A stretch of DNA of 48,962 nucleotides, filler included, from Sphacelaria rigidula (taxonomy: Eukaryota): assembly GCA_964200075.2 (NCBI GenBank). It is 3 parts of 3 records of this genome, joined end to end, with 100 filler letters (N's around TTAATTAATTAA, not from the genome) between each part and the next. Parts side by side here need not be neighbours in the genome. Positions count along the whole stretch, not along the records: positions 1 to 16,255 come from CAXNAA020001423.1; 2 more parts are not named here. One strand, given 5' to 3'. A program made the position numbers and the translations under genes. The notes below the pieces were generated by a model. That model saw only the letters and a program-made list of their open reading frames with translations. It had not been told where the DNA came from and ran no database searches. Shown piece after piece: positions 1 through 12,342 of the stretch; the first letter of the stretch is position 1; every line of letters starts with the position of its first letter.

Positions 1-1314
1 GAGGTCAATGGTCGCATGCCTATGGCATGCATCCTCATAGGTCCCCCCCCCCCCCCTCCCTCAATAACCACCTCCCCCGCCCCCTGGAAACCCCCGGATG
101 TCTCCGAACTGTCAGCCGATGAAACTGTTCCAAGGGGGCGCTCGCTGTCTAAGGGTTAAGCCTAGTACCACATATGAAAAAAACTGGTCGGGCATGCTGC
201 CTAGACACCTTGTGCGTGGGGCTGAGGCGATGGAGCGTGTTTGCAAGGTGTTCAGCCCGCGTACATCGCCGCGCCCCAAACAGAAAAAAAACATCACCCT
301 CCTCTGTTCCACAAACACCAGGGTGTATTTTTTTTTAATACATATATTTCCCTTTTCGGATACTGGACTTGACGCTCTGACCGCCAGAACGGGTATTCGC
401 TTGCTCGGAAGATGAACCTTAGACTCAGATGACCCACTCTAGCGGTCAAAGAGCTAGGGGCAGAGTCTTCCCATTCCCCCGTTTTGCCGAGGCATCGCAT
501 TGTCTAACTTCAAGTGCGAGCACAAACTTGAAATTTGTACCGTGGGGGAGTGGAGCTGTGCAGAGGGGTGTCGAAGACACCCAACAGAGTAAAAGAGCCA
601 ACATGCAGCACAACAGTACAACAACAGTACAACAAAGTACAACACAACAGTAAATAACAGAGCAGCGTCCATTTCCGTATGTTTCTGGTGCACCAACATG
701 CTAGTCCAGTCCGGTCTCATCTGCTGTACTCGCACAACAGTGCGCAGAACAGCGAAGACGGTACGGTACAGAGTAGCACAAGCAGGGTCGCGAAAAATCG
801 CACAGGCTCTGAGCTACGAATGTATCGTACAGTACGTGGTATTGCGGTGTATTCACGTATTGTCTGCAAAATACTGACCGCGTCTGTATACTCGTACAGA
901 GAACGCCGGGCTGAACCTAGTGCTGCACTGCACAGTCCTGTGCCGAGCTCTACCACTCTTTTGTACAGTAGTGCATTACACACCTGTGTTCATGTTTCGG
1001 CTTTTGTAGAGGGTCTTTGCGCATCCACGGTGTTGTGTACGCTGATGTAGTAATGAAATCGGGTATTGATTCCCGTCAGAGTCGAAGAGTGAGAGGGCTA
1101 GGGGACATGTGCCCGGCGCCATATTGCATCACAGGCGAGTATGCGAGGATGCTGGGCTGTGTCCACGGTACTGTTGTTCTTGTTGTTGACTATACTCTAC
1201 CGTAGTAGCTGCCAATGGTGGTTTTCTGCGTATGTTCAAGAGTGTGTATTCGTGCTCACCTACGGTACAAATAAAGCAGCAAACTGCGTGCTTGGTAGTT
1301 AAAGTCTTGCTTAC

Positions 1315-1365
1315 CTTGAAGGCCTGTTCAAGTGTGCTCTTCCTGGCGCCATCTTCGCTCTCCAT
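1315..1365 (-). CDS. Probable first coding exon of an unidentified minus-strand gene (MESEDGARKSTLEQAFK)
   Basis: ATG in gagATGG context, 17 codons, then a canonical donor AAG|GTAAGC; lies divergent from the gene starting at 1856. No downstream exon could be assigned. Confidence 0.4.
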
Positions 1366-1855
1366 CTCAGTTATAGAATAGGAGATCTCGTGTTGTTATG
1401 CTACTACTAAGTGGTACAACAGACACAGTCAGTAGGGCACCAGGCAAGCACCAGGTACAATATTCTGAGTTTGCGTCACGTTTTTTACCACCCCCTGATA
1501 CTGGTGTTGAAACATAACCAGTACTATACGGGTGGCAACATGTAACCGCCAGGTATCGACTGGACTTGAAGTGCTTGGAGCATCTACCACGAGCTACGCA
1601 CGAGGAACCTGGTCGTGTTACAAGCGCAGAGCAGCACTGAACACAGTCTAACGTCGCTTCTGTGGGTAGAGCTTGAACAACACAGAATTTGTGCGTAAGG
1701 ATTGAGTTTTGGAACCTGCTGCTATTTGCGTGTTTGCTATTCCATTTATTTCATTAAGAAGACGCCTACATACGGACGATCTTGTTTCGAAAACAGTCTG
1801 TCGCGTCGCTTGGCGTCCGTATCGCCGCGTACACACCACCAAGTACGGCACAGTC

Positions 1856-2035
1856 ATGTCGTCGTCAACTTCGTGGCTGAAGAAGTCGAGCGCAATCTAC
1901 TCTGTAGGGCGCAAGCTCGGGGATGGTGGTATGTACATCATTGATCTCGACGACATGGCGCCAGCGGGAGTGCTCTTACGGGCGTACAAGCAGGACACAT
2001 CCGACCGATATACGCTGTCCGTCTCGGAAGGGGAG
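1856..2035 (+). CDS. Dpy-30-motif protein, exon 1 of 4 (MSSSTSWLKKSSAIYSVGRKLGDGGMYIIDLDD...YTLSVSEGE)
   Basis: ATG at 1856, 60 codons, donor GAG|GTACGA, phase 0 matches the next exon. An AG at 1852-1853 means an upstream exon cannot be excluded. Confidence 0.7.
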
Positions 2036-2452
2036 GTACGATAAGCCTCGCGGCGTCATAACAACTGCAGAACTCGGCTGACGCTATTTAGGATAAATCA
2101 CAGATAACAGTAACATCATGGGCTGCATGTTTCACGTAGAGTGAAAACGCCGACCTATTTGCGAGTTCCCACTCGTGTGAGCGTCCATTTACTTGCGCCT
2201 GGTTGTGATGTGCTGAAATGGGTTTCGATCAGTGGAGGAAGGCTGGTCAAGAGCGTTTCAAACTGCTCACTGCGTTCTGGAGTAAGATATTACTTATACG
2301 AATAGTACCCTTTGAGAACCCATTGACGATTTTTGTTATTGTGAATCGGCATCATTTTGACTTGAAAATGAGTGAAAATGATGCCGATTCACAATAACAA
2401 AAACCGTCAAGGTTTCAAAAGGGCACATGGCATCCCCTGGTACTCGTACTGA

Positions 2453-2832
2453 GGCCGTGTCGTAGCACATGAGTTTTCGATCGAACTTGTGTGATGGAAA
2501 ACAAAAATCCCGATCTGATAGGTCGAGATCTCCACCATCTTCAAAATTCGACGATGGTTGAAATAACGACCCACCAGGTCGGGATTATTGTTTTCCACCG
2601 CACATTTTCGACCGAAAACTCATGTGCTAAGGTCATGTCTTATCAAATTGTTTTCGACTCGAAAACGCACGGTGGACTTGAATTTGCTCTTACCTGATAC
2701 GTACACGGCATCCGTGTTCTCAACGATCTGAGAAAATGAAGAGCGTGGTCGAATCAGAAACGAGGGAATTCGATTCGACCGCACGTTTTCGACTCGAAAA
2801 CAAGTTGACAAAACACGGCCTAAGACACGGCC
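2453..2832. mobile_element. PIF/Harbinger-like MITE
   Basis: TIR ggccgtgtc...gacacggcc with 3-bp TSD TGA/TGA; internal palindrome; related copy at 18761-19141. Confidence 0.75.
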
Positions 2833-3329
2833 TGAGAGACCCTAGCCACTGCATTAGCTTAGTCTGTATCCATACGACATTACATTAACGTCTCTGTACG
2901 TCGTTTGCAGTAACATCGTTCGCCTCCAGAAGCGTGGTTGTCTTCGAGATATAATCGCATCGGTGAAAGATCCGCGCCCCGGTGTCTTTTCCAGCGAAGG
3001 AAGTTGCGATGAATCGAGTTTCAACCATCACTGTATGTGTCATGTACAGACACAAGATCCGAAGCGAAGCCCTGAAGATAACCGATAAAGCCTACTTGTG
3101 ATTCAGACGGGGCATCTACTACACGCTGTAGCTAATCAAGACCAGTGTCACTTGTGCCAAAGAGGTAAAATATAACCGGGCAGCACGGTGGCTCACGTTC
3201 TAGGGACCTGTCACTACCTCGAAATATTTGACTCAATCGAGATTTTCAGGTTCTGCCAAAAAGAGTCATCTACACCGTACGCTCGGCTCACGTCCATGCA
3301 CTCTTCTCGAAACTTTCACACACGAATAG

Positions 3330-3481
3330 CTGGCGAGAGCGGGGTTGTCGCGCTCGAGAGAAGACTTAGGGCGGTTGGCAGATAGTGTGGATGTGTATGG
3401 CATCGATGATCAACTTTTCATCCACTCTCAACTGGACGGAATCGCAAAGCCCAAGATCATTCCCACGGGGGACAAGGCCAA
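3330..3481 (+). CDS. Dpy-30-motif protein, exon 2 of 4 (LARAGLSRSREDLGRLADSVDVYGIDDQLFIHSQLDGIAKPKIIPTGDKA)
   Basis: Acceptor aatag|CTG, open frame, donor AA|GTGAGT; phase 0 in and phase 2 out fit both neighbouring exons. Confidence 0.75.
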
Positions 3482-4796
3482 GTGAGTGGGTGTGCTAGGC
3501 ATCTGGCCAACGACTTTATCTCGGATGCTCCAACGGTCACACGCTTTTCCCTTACATTTTTGTCGTGTTTTTCATCCCCCCCTCATCATGAGTATGAGTA
3601 CACCCCCCTCCTCTGTGCGCCTGCTTTTCAAGGGTTTGCGTTGGTTGGCTGCGATGCTGTTAAATACGCCACTTACGGCGTAAGCTAAAATAGGTAACAA
3701 GGTTCCGGATTGTCTCCGGTTGTGTTTTTCCGCGGTAACCATGACAATGGTCGAGCTAGATCATATTGTGCGGGATGAAAAACCTCAACTCCCCGCAAAG
3801 GGTGTAATCGTGCTGCGTGGTGTTTATATGGTGAGACACCCATGAGGCAGTGTGGAACCCATTACTGTCTCTGGAAGTTGCGAGACCAGAAAATGAAGCA
3901 ACTCGTCGGAGGCTGTTATCCATATGCTAGATAATCAGTACGCTGGGGAATCTTGATAGAATGCGGGTCACATTTCATGCGACTCGCCGAACACATCACA
4001 GAGCTTCGTGCATTGTGATTGCGAGCCTGGTCCGGCGAAAGCCCGGCATGCTCTGCTCCAGTTAAGTAGGGGTGCGAGGTCATCGGTCGTATGACTATGG
4101 CATGTAAGATCACGAGTACACTCCCTCCTCCGTACGATTCCGAGCAATAAATCTCGCCACCGATACATGTCTTTCCGAGGGGTGAATCAATTGAAGGTGC
4201 CCGTACATTGAAATCGACACACCAAGTTCCCGAGAGTTAGAATTTATTGGTTTTGAGGGTAGGGGGAGTGGGGGGGGGGAGATGGTTTGGGAGATAGTGT
4301 GATATCCAGCGAATGTCGTGTCCGCCCGAGATTCCATATATGGTTTCCAGCACGTCGCTAGATACGATCCCCACCGCGAAGTCTCTGACTCATGGTACAG
4401 ATGGGGTGTCCTAGCGCGCCAGTTCATCGACGGGAGTTCGCCCATTTGAGAATATGGCGGCTGGTCAAGCAGCCTCGTCGGCGGTATCAGGAGAAACACC
4501 GCCTGTTAAGTATCTCCCGGAGCAGCTATTTGGAGCCCACCATGATTGGGCAGCAACCCTAACCCACGAGTTCCACAGGAGCGGGGTACGAGTGGTTGCA
4601 CCTGAGGACCTGATTGTAGATCCGATGCGATTATTTATCTGTACGGTGCATACTGAGCGACTCGTCCCTGATCCGTAGATTCCCGATCATACTACGCTCG
4701 ATTCCTTACGTGTCGTTTTTGTTTCATCTATATTTTGTTCAAAAGATGCTGAAATTTCCCTCCGGGGGTGGAGGTGGGGGTCGGGAGGTATCTAAA

Positions 4797-5056
4797 GAGC
4801 AATGCTACGGTAGGGGTACACTTTTTTCGCGAAATACTGTCTAGTTTAGGGGTTTCTAACGATTCTAGATGCACAAGAATATGGGTCAAGGCATCCCCGT
4901 TTGCAAATTTATTCGGGATATCCCCAGCACATTGGAGTAATAGTAATCCTAGCGTACTTTTACATATTTTCATAAGTGGTGTTTTGCATGAGATCAAGGG
5001 CTCCTAACAATTCTAACCTCAGAAAATATTTGTGCACCCCTACCGTAGCATCGCTC
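4797..5056. mobile_element. MITE with GAG...CTC termini and 4-bp TSD (Sola-like)
   Basis: TIR gagc(a/g)atgctacggtaggggt(a/g)cac at both ends; flanked by TAAA/TAAA; related copies at 6693-6954 and 48841-end. Confidence 0.8.
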
Positions 5057-5690
5057 TAAAGTTACAATCTACGGGCACCCTTGGCCCAGGATAGCTAGCA
5101 TTACGTACGCCGGGTCGGTGAAGTGCATAGGGTACAAAGCGAATATACACAAGGAGGAGGAGATGCTACATCAGCTGAGAGGTCGACTGACGCAGTTCTT
5201 GGGATTTTCAACTTTTGAGTTTCCATAAGTCGAAAGCTTTCCTTGTTGTGGGGGGCTGGGTAGGGATCCGCAATTGATTTCAGTCTGCGGGCGCCCTCGG
5301 ATGAAGGCTTTCACAACCCGTCTACTCTACTCAGTCGGCGTTTCATTTTGGTTCTCCTTGGAGGAAGGAGGAAACTTCATCCAACACTTATCTCGCAGAC
5401 AGGTTCGTGTGCTGGTTACCCGGGGGCTCGGCCAGACCGCCTCGCTGCCGTCATGTAGGTTAGGTACCCCGAGCGTTCGGATTTTTTTACTCAAGGCAGG
5501 GTGGGGGTCGAACCGACTAAACCCCCCGGTCAACTTGGCGGAGTGCACGTGTCGCCCGACTCTTTTGAGCTTCGGCCGACATTTCATGTCCCAAACTATT
5601 GGGTGACGGAGTCAATCACCTCTGGTTGAGAACAAATCTGATCGCACTTTTCTTGTCAAGTAAGACTCTGCACTCTCGAGAGGTTAAGGC

Positions 5691-5723
<33 letters not shown>

Positions 5724-5896
5724 CGAATACCCTCCGAAGATGTCCATAAGATCTTTCCACAACCCAAAGACGCCACTTTTGCCGACGTGGTCACTGCGAC
5801 TGTTTTCGAGATAAATCAAGGTCCGAAAAAAATTATTCCCGGCGAGGAATGAAACAAAACAATCCTGTCTCTGTTCGAATTTACACTATATTTCTG

Positions 5897-6094
5897 GGGC
5901 AGGTCGAGTAGAGTGTACTCAGTTTCGGGGTATTTCTAGAGTCGTTACTTAGAGTACGCAAATGGGGTAGCGTTCTAGGGGTCGATTTTCACTTATTTTT
6001 CGGGTACGACTCCTAACACTCTACCCCAATTTGAGTGCTTGAAGTACGACTTTCAAAATACCCCGCAATTGAGTATAACCTACTCGACCTGCCC
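5897..6094. mobile_element. Foldback MITE
   Basis: Perfect 15-bp TIR gggcaggtcgagtag/ctactcgacctgccc with imperfect complementarity continuing through most of the element; no clear TSD. Confidence 0.7.
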
Positions 6095-6157
6095 TCGCTG
6101 TATTTCGCTCGTTCTACGCATTTTCGCACGTTCGTGCTCACCAATGCCGACATTCAG

Positions 6158-6265
6158 GGGATTTATACAAGGGATTAAAGCAGGCGACGGCTCGTTAGAA
6201 GAGCTTCTGACAACGGCACTGTCTGAGCTGTGCAAGGTCAAGCCTCAGGGACTTGATGCCATTAG
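6158..6265 (+). CDS. Dpy-30-motif protein, exon 3 of 4 (GFIQGIKAGDGSLEELLTTALSELCKVKPQGLDAIR)
   Basis: Acceptor ttcag|G, donor AG|GTGAAA, phase 2/2; LLTTALSELCKVKP resembles the first helix of the Dpy-30 motif of NME5/RSP23. Confidence 0.8.
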
Positions 6266-6692
6266 GTGAAAAAGTGAATTCACGCCCAACACTACCGACG
6301 CCGGGGTATCCAATGCGTAAATGCTGAAGTAGCACTATCATGATTTGATCGGGCGCCTACCGAACAAAGATACCTGTGGCCATTGATATAACCCTCCTCC
6401 TGGAGTACGCCCGCATATATAGGACACCTGAAATTCCTCCGGGCCCTTGGCTGGCTATTGGAAATCCGTCACAAGCATCTTATCGGCAGTTATACTCAAA
6501 ATCATTCGCGACTCTTCCTTCTCCTTCGCCGATTATTTTTCTTACAAGGGATCATACAGCAGCATAAGCGTCAGGCACTACTGTTGTAACGGCATGATGT
6601 GACATATTTCAAGTCTGTCCGAAGTCGGTTCCAAAAACACTGGAACCCCGACTAGGCGAACGACGGTCACGACGCCCCCGGCAAACGGAAAA

Positions 6693-6954
6693 GAGTGATG
6701 CTACGGTAGGGGTGCACAAATATTTTCTGAGGCTAAAATTGTTAGGAGCCCTTTATTTTATACAAAACACGACTTATGAAAATATGCGAAATTACGCCAG
6801 GATTATTATTCCAATGTGCTGGGGATATCCCGAATGAATCTGCGAACGGGGATGCCCTGACCCATATTCTTGTGCTTCAAGAATCGTTAGGAGCCCCTGA
6901 ATCGGACAAAATTTCGCGAAAGAAGTGCACCCCTATTTTATCGTAGTGTTGGTC
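6693..6954. mobile_element. Second copy (opposite orientation) of the 4797-5056 MITE
   Basis: Same internal sequence reverse-complemented; intact left TIR, degenerate right TIR. Confidence 0.75.
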
Positions 6955-7026
6955 AAACTACGACCTTTTTCCCCACGACGACGCTCCAGAAGCGAGGAAC
7001 GAGGACCTTCTATGAAGTAAAGCGCT

Positions 7027-7571
7027 TAGTGATTCTACGGTAGGGTTGCACAGATATTCTTGTTGGGGGTGCCGGATTTAGACATTTAATAGCCGATCAT
7101 CGAAATTGAGGATGGAGCTTTTCATTGAGGATGAGAACCCGGAGGATTAAAATCTTCATATCCACACCAAATCTTCGAAATATGGTTTCATTCCTTCACC
7201 TACCGGTAGCTATTGACAACAACTGTTACATGCCCTACAATTTTGGATTTGGATAACCGAAATGTTGGGGTCCTAGATGAAAAAACAATTTTGGGGAAAT
7301 TAGGCGATCCGATATTTCGAAGATTTGGTGTGGATACGAAGATTTTAATCCTGCGGGTTCTCATCCTCAATAAAAAAGCTCCATTCTCAAGTTTGATGAT
7401 CTACTGTTATTTGCCGAAACCCAAGTTGCGCTGACCGTGAGGCGATCATCTCGCAGGCAAACATCACAAATTATGAGCTTTGTCGTCGTTTTATTTAGTC
7501 ATACAGTACAACGTAAATATACCTCAAACAAGATTTGGCCAAAGAAATGCACCCGTACCGTCGAACCGCTC
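7027..7571. mobile_element. Sola-like non-autonomous element with different internal sequence
   Basis: Degenerate versions of the same TIR, flanked by CGCT/CGCT; interior 7100-7400 matches the repeat family at 28900-29960. Confidence 0.6.
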
Positions 7572-7673
7572 CGCTTAAAGCGCACATACATGAAGTCGCT
7601 GTCACTGACGGTCTGTATTTTTGTTAGCAGGTCCGTCTCCTCATTCAACATTCGCTATCTTGCGGCTGCACAG

Positions 7674-7797
7674 GTGGCTCGGGGAGTGGTTGCTCGAAAA
7701 CAATCCCAACAAGCCAAAAATCAAAGAGGTGGGGGGGGGAGCACAGGAGCAATTATTGCTGGTGGAGGAGCCGGAGGAGGAAACACCACGACAATGA
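7674..7797 (+). CDS. Dpy-30-motif protein, last exon (WLGEWLLENNPNKPKIKEVGGGAQEQLLLVEEPEEETPRQ*)
   Basis: Acceptor cacag|G in phase 2; WLxxWLLxNNPNKP is the typical end of the NME5-type Dpy-30 motif; TGA at 7795-7797. Confidence 0.8.
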
Positions 7798-8738
7798 CTA
7801 GAATACTGAACTCAGGTCCCCCTTGATCCCGATCCTCGAAGCCTCACGAAACACCGTGTGTATTGGTTTGCACTGCAGGGCACGGTAGAAGAGCACGACC
7901 GTAGCACTTGTACCCAGGGTTCGTAACCCCTGTTCCGGGTACTATATACCCACTAGATGTTTGGCGACGTTTTGGCACGTTTTCCAGCTGTCGCCGATTC
8001 TGCTCTTGGGGGGTTTACTCGAACCGATTTCTCCCGAAATATGAGTACGTGCGAAAAACAAGAGGATTATCAATAGACAGAATATATCAAAAGTAGTTCT
8101 GACAACCTCGAGAGGTTGGCGCGGAACGACCCGGTGTATTCTGGTGTCCGTACTCCGTACAGAAAAAACAAGCAGGCACCCCAACACTGAAGCTGCACAA
8201 GAGTCCGTGGATCGTAACCTGCCTGTGGGGGGGGTACTCCCCACCAGGGTATAATTGTGCTACGGTAGGCGTGCACAATTATTTTCTGGGCCGGTGTACT
8301 GGAGTCAGATGCAGACTCTCACGCACTGGCACTAGTGCAGTTGGGACAAGTTGCTCCTGACGACGTCGGGACTCATGCCGAGATAGCCCCCGCGCAAAGA
8401 GTGCACCGGAGACCGTCCGACAAAACCGGCTGCGATCCCACTATTGCGCTCGTTTTCAGCTATTTCGCCCATGTGAGGGGCTTGTAGCAATCCGAAATCA
8501 GTTGTAATGCCCAAATGAGTCGCGTCGTGCAGCACGAAACCAGCTCTAACGGCGTTTACGATCATCGCCTCCGTGCACATTTTTGGACGGTTCGGGGGGG
8601 GGGGGGGGGGGGGGCTATCCCGGAAGCAGTCCAAGGCGGGGCGGGAAGGGGGGCGGGGGGGNNNNNNNNNNAAGAGGCGCGGGGGGCGGACACGCCCCCC
8701 TCGGCGCGGGGGGGTACGGGCCCCCGCGGGGGGCAGCT

Positions 8739-8771
<33 letters not shown>

Positions 8772-10582
8772 GCTATCCCGGAAGCAGTCTCAGGCGATCC
8801 TCTCGCAGCAGGCAAACATCACTAACCATAAAAGCAATTCGCTGTTGTGTTGCACAGCGTAAAATGACCTCCGACAAGTTTTGACCAAAAAGGTGTACCC
8901 TCCTGCTGAAGCACGACCCGGTGGCAACGAGTATCCTTTTGGCACCCTGTTCGGGTGTTGAGTCTCTCGTCTCCCACGAGGGTCACAATTTTGCCATCCC
9001 TCAACGGTGTACCCCCGTGGGGTCATGAGTTCCTCTCTAAGTTGTGCTTCCGACGCGTGTGTATGATGGCTGGTGTTGCATTGATGGCGCGGGTCTTCAT
9101 CTTGACTTGTCACGCGAAGGGGCACATGGAGCATTCCGATTACCATTTCCGGTGGGGGCGTATTTTCGCTGATCATGTTTATGGTTCAATCGACTTTCGA
9201 TAGGGCTGCTATCCGTGTGCAGTGTCGAGCTTTGACGGCGGTTGAACGCACAAGAAGAGATGGCACAGGATTGGGGAGGGGGGGGATGATATCACGACCC
9301 TTCATCCCAATCCTTGCCGACAAGACATTTCGGCGCCTACTCGCACTCGAAGAACGACGCCCGTCCCGAGAGCGACCCGGACAAAGATCCGATCTTCATA
9401 GACTCATCAACAATGCAGTGGTGTCGGAGTCAAGAGCGAAGAAAACGCGAAAAAATCGTTGCTGTATGCTACAGCAACGATATTGCGCAAGGCCACAGAG
9501 CCACGACGCGAAACACTCGGTGACAGAAGATGAGGGGGAGCCGGCCTCAGTAGTGTAGGCCTCGGTAACGAAGCCAAGACAGCGTTTCGATCGTCCACAC
9601 AAGCAAGACATCGATCGGTCCCTTTACTGCCCCGTTTTTATTTAGAACTACGTACAGTATCCCACCTTCTTGCTTGGCGACGCAAGAAGAATCTCAATGT
9701 TTACGCACTTTCCGCATAACCTTTTCCGACCTCTCCGACAAAATCCGTCCTTGTCACCCCGCAACAGCGTTCCCACTCTGAAATGTCCGACATGCGTTCC
9801 AACACTAAAATAGAGTTTGGGAAAATGCTTTTTTTTTCTTGTCATTACAGAGCGCAAATATCTCAGGATCAGAGTGAGGGATGAACAAAAACACCTCATC
9901 AAAAAAGAGTAAAGGGAATAATACCACATTTGACGTAGGGGAAAATAATTTTTCGTTACACTGATCCTGAGATATTTGCACTCTGAAATGACAAAAGGCG
10001 TGTCCCGAATCTCTCTAATATCAAGTCTATCGGCACATCTAAACTTCTCGGAACTTCTCGCTACTGCCTCCATCCGAAACAAACAGCAGGGGCGTGTTCA
10101 ACAGAGGAACGCGCAGCTTTCAAAGGGTTTGACATATCATTGCTCGTTCGGATCACCAAATGTACGACTTCTGAGTGAGGCCTGATTGATCGAAAGAGAG
10201 TGAAAAGTTGACCGCGGGTGGGAAAAAGTATCTACGCACATTTTGCGCTATTTTCACGTAGCTGGTGCGCAACGCTGAAACCAAAGCTCAATGGACTGAT
10301 TCGCACGGTACGCATCAAGTCACACGAAAAGCGGAGCAAGTATTTGTCAGACGAATCACTATTCATCCGACTCTCAACTTCCCAAGTCTCATGTATGCCG
10401 AGCACAACAGAACAAAAGGGAACAAACAACGTGATGCCGCGGATGCCACCACCGTCACAACGCTCCGGTCCTGATCTCACCCACAATAACCCCCCGCTAC
10501 AACCTGATCTGCTAGATTCGGCTCGTTCTCCCCCCCCCCCTTCCCTGCTCAGCGCATCGGAATCGACTCCCGCCAAAATATC

Positions 10583-10810
10583 TTACACTATCCGCTCGAG
10601 CTCCGTGGCGTACGAAAGACACTCGGCGATAAGGCGCATGGAGGGAATTTCCGCGGATTTTTTGCCGGCCTCGGGAACGGTGAAGATAATCTTGTCTTTG
10701 GTCATCTCCCACTCTGGGTGCTTTTCCTCCACGAACGTTGCCAGCTGCGCTCTGTCTGGCATGCGCAGTAGCTTTTGAGCCTCCGCTATAGACAGCTCCG
10801 AATATGCTGC
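10583..10810 (-). CDS. RPN12: 26S proteasome non-ATPase regulatory subunit 8 (RPN12), last exon
   Basis: Acceptor tag|GCA; translates AAYSELSIAEAQKLLRMP...EIPSMRLIAECLSYATELERIV*, the conserved RPN12 C-terminus (YAxELERIV). Confidence 0.93.
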   Translation of the reverse strand, partial: AAYSELSIAEAQKLLRMPDRAQLATFVEEKHPEWEMTKDKIIFTVPEAGKKSAEIPSMRLIAECLSYATELERIV

Positions 10811-12243
10811 CTATATTTACATATTCCAGTAAAAAGCGTCCATTGTCCGTACACACACGCAAGGCGACGAAATAGGCAGCGCTATAAGTTGTTTGAACGG
10901 AGGCATGGGACAAGAAAGGACGAATAAATCTGGCATCACAGGGAGGCTCGTCAGTAGCTTGGGCCCGACTCTCGGTTCTCGTCTGAAATACAAGTCCGGT
11001 ACGGAACATTTTCACATCACCCGCCAAAGCGCAACTTCAGAGAGCAAGCACTTCAGATGCGTCTGACGTACGGTATGTATATCGACCCAGAGTAGCGGAC
11101 AACATTAAAACGAGCAGAAACAGGTCAACTTACTGTACCTTTCACTAGCGGACGTAACTCAACCAACAGTGGGACAAACCGTCTACTAACTCTTTGCGGC
11201 CTCGTTCACACTTGACCTAAAAAAGTGCCCGTTTTTCTGGCCAGCTGATAATGCGAAGAACTACCCATGAATTAAAAATCGACGACGCATCACGCACACA
11301 AAAGTCCATGCTCACATATCCCATATCGGCCGCAGTGCTATAATACAGCAATACGGTACAGGGGAGCACAATGCAGGACAGTACTGCATCGCACAGTACA
11401 GTACGGTAAGTCCTACCTAGGCCAATCTCAAATCAGGACCCGTCACCACCAGATGTGACTCCCCGCACGTCCGAGCAGCAGCGACGTCTCTTGGGAGTGA
11501 TGTAACAGTGAGTCAAGTTAACAACGGGCAGATCTACGGCATCTGCAGAGAACTGAGTTATCATAGACCCGTCCTTGCCATGCAGTTGCTGGCGGTTTGT
11601 GCCATCGACCACGCCCCTGGCAGGAGTGAGCGACATACTGTAGTCTGCCACGGCCGCGTCACTGAGGCATAGTGCACGCGTCGTCTTCCATGCCGCTTGA
11701 TTCATGTTTCCGACATTGGTGTGTTAATGTCTTACAAAGAGAACAACGAACATATTCATATACGCATGTATCTTGATTCCAATCCGAACTCGTAAAAAAT
11801 CGATTTTAATATGGAGTGATGCCGCGGGATCACCCTGTTGTGTTTTCGACATCAATATCAAGTAGACCAGAAGAACGGATATATATATATATATATATAG
11901 GTGCATCATGTGTGAATGTTTATTAAAATCCAAACTCAAATCAAGTCGATTCTACCCTTGAGTGGTGCCGCGATCCCCCCCCCCCACAAAAAAAAAAAAC
12001 AGCCCCGAAATTGTCACACATACCGCGCATGATTGCAAGTTTCAGACTGAATGAAAGCGCGTCATGTTGGTGACATCGACAGAAACGATCCCACGCGTTG
12101 GAATTCCCAGCTGCTCGGTGTGCTCCGGTTCTTATCGTTTTATTTTACATGCAGATCTTGATCTTGATCTACTCTCACAAACTGTCATACAGCAATCGAC
12201 GATTGAGCACTCAGAACACCTGATTCATACACAACACACTGAC

Positions 12244-12342
12244 CTCGCTGCACTCGGCAATTCCATCCTGCACCGTCTCCAGCAACGAGTCCAAAAAATA
12301 CTTATAGTACTCGTGCGGAACGTTGTCTCGTGCTGCCAACAC
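12244..12342 (-). CDS. RPN12: RPN12 internal exon (VLAARDNVPHEYYKYFLDSLLETVQDGIAECSE)
   Basis: cag| acceptor and |GTCAGT donor, 99 bp, phase 0/0; matches the RPN12 PCI-like domain. Confidence 0.92.

Noticed and set aside
8594-8770. Gly/Pro-rich ORFs and G-quadruplex-like poly-G runs
   Set aside because: Homopolymer runs around a 10-N gap with a local duplication; low-quality repeat sequence.
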